Shown here: positions 63,219-64,000 of the stretch, in pieces
How the letters are laid out: every line of letters begins with the position of its first letter
Numbering within the stretch: position 1 is the stretch's first letter
Assembly (NCBI GenBank): GCA_038087875.1
Contig: JAXLNO010000611.1
Coordinates: forward strand, 62,001 to 126,000
Direction: 5' to 3'
DNA: 64,000 nucleotides
From: Malacoraja senta
Taxonomy: Eukaryota
Made by a program: the position numbers and the translations under genes
The notes under the pieces: model-generated
Told to the model about the DNA's origin: nothing
Seen by the model: only the letters and a program-made list of their open reading frames with translations
Databases searched by the model: none

Positions 63219-64000
63219 TTTTACTTCGGAGTCACGTGAGTGACTACGTGAAGAAGCCCCGTCCAGCCGCACACGCGTCATTATCGATCAGACGCATATC
63301 GTTCATGACCGTGTGTGGAGGAGCAGGAGCTCCTCCAGCCGGTGAGTAAAACAAAAGTAAAACAAAAGTCGGAAGGTAAGTGGGTTACTTTTCACTTACA
63401 GGAGCGTTTCCTTCCCGTTTAGACTTGTTGGTGGAACTCCACACAAGTTTATTATGCAGAAATGGGAAGGAGAGGCGGCCAGGGACGCGCCGTAGTAAAA
63501 CCTCAGGCCCTAAGGGTAGCGGGCGTCAGTCAGGGGAGTCAGTGGCAGCGAAGCCATTAGCTCCCGTTGTGGTCGAATGTGCGTTAAACCGCACCGGGCG
63601 GGAGCAAGGCTGAGAAAAAAAATATCGGCCCGACCTGTAGACTCGGATGAGTCAGACCCGGAGGTGTGCCCTCCTCAGGCAGGAAAGAGTATTACACTGC
63701 AAGGGTCAAAAACTTTTTAACTCCTTATGGGGCAAATGAATTGTAAAGAACCCCCACAGGAGGATTTAAGTCGGTGTTGGCCAATGAAGCATAGCACAGG
63801 AGGTGCCTTGGAACAGGCACAAGGGTGGCCTACAGGAGAGCCATCGGTGCCTGTGCAGAAACATTAAAGAGGTTGGCCTACAGGAGAGCCAGTGCCCAAA
63901 AATGCCAGAAAAAAGGCAAGTTATGTGTTGGCCTATTGGAGAGTCAGTACTAGAAATGCCTGAACAAAAGGCAGCACAAACGTGCAATGATAAATGTGCC
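63219..64000 (+). mobile_element. Possible 5' end of a DIRS-like (tyrosine recombinase) retrotransposon with degraded gag-like start
   Basis: Starts TTTTACTTCGGAGTCACGTGAGTGACTACGTGAAG, which resembles DIRS terminal repeats from recall. CpG-rich leader with hairpins and splice-like signals, then a basic/acidic low-complexity frame (RRSKTSGPKGSG..., PVDSDESDPEV). No RT or recombinase inside the window. Confidence 0.4.

Overview
Eukaryotic, gene-free, satellite-dominated DNA. A cartilaginous fish such as a skate or ray is my inference from the CR1 3' ends; it is not verified. Two apparently unrelated satellites, both with a 25-bp period, fill most of the window. Satellite A (consensus about GAAAAGCGACGAAAATTCAGSACGC) runs from 1 to ~52.3 kb, is organised in 0.9-1.8 kb higher-order repeats and switches strand at ~17,173. 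Satellite B (about TTTTGCATTTTCAAAGCAAACCACC) runs from ~52.7 to 63.0 kb, with an island at 47.2-48.5 kb. Embedded retroelements are a 5'-truncated L1-clade LINE with a 14-bp TSD, an internally deleted Gypsy with its 3' LTR, two CR1 families, an L1 3'-UTR/poly(A) fragment, an L2/Crack-like LINE fragment, a Rex1/Babar LINE, a second LTR element at the A/B boundary, and probably a DIRS-like terminus at the right end. Three kb-scale tandem duplications have copied satellite together with retroelement pieces. No host protein-coding gene, RNA gene or CRISPR array is supported; almost all short ORFs in the track are translations of satellite. I found no clearly new biological system. The best leads are (i) satellite B being joined at the same point to the 3' internal region of two diverged copies of an LTR element, suggesting it was born inside that element, (ii) heat-shock-element-like and octamer motifs built into the two monomers, and (iii) LINE insertions sharing strand and monomer phase.
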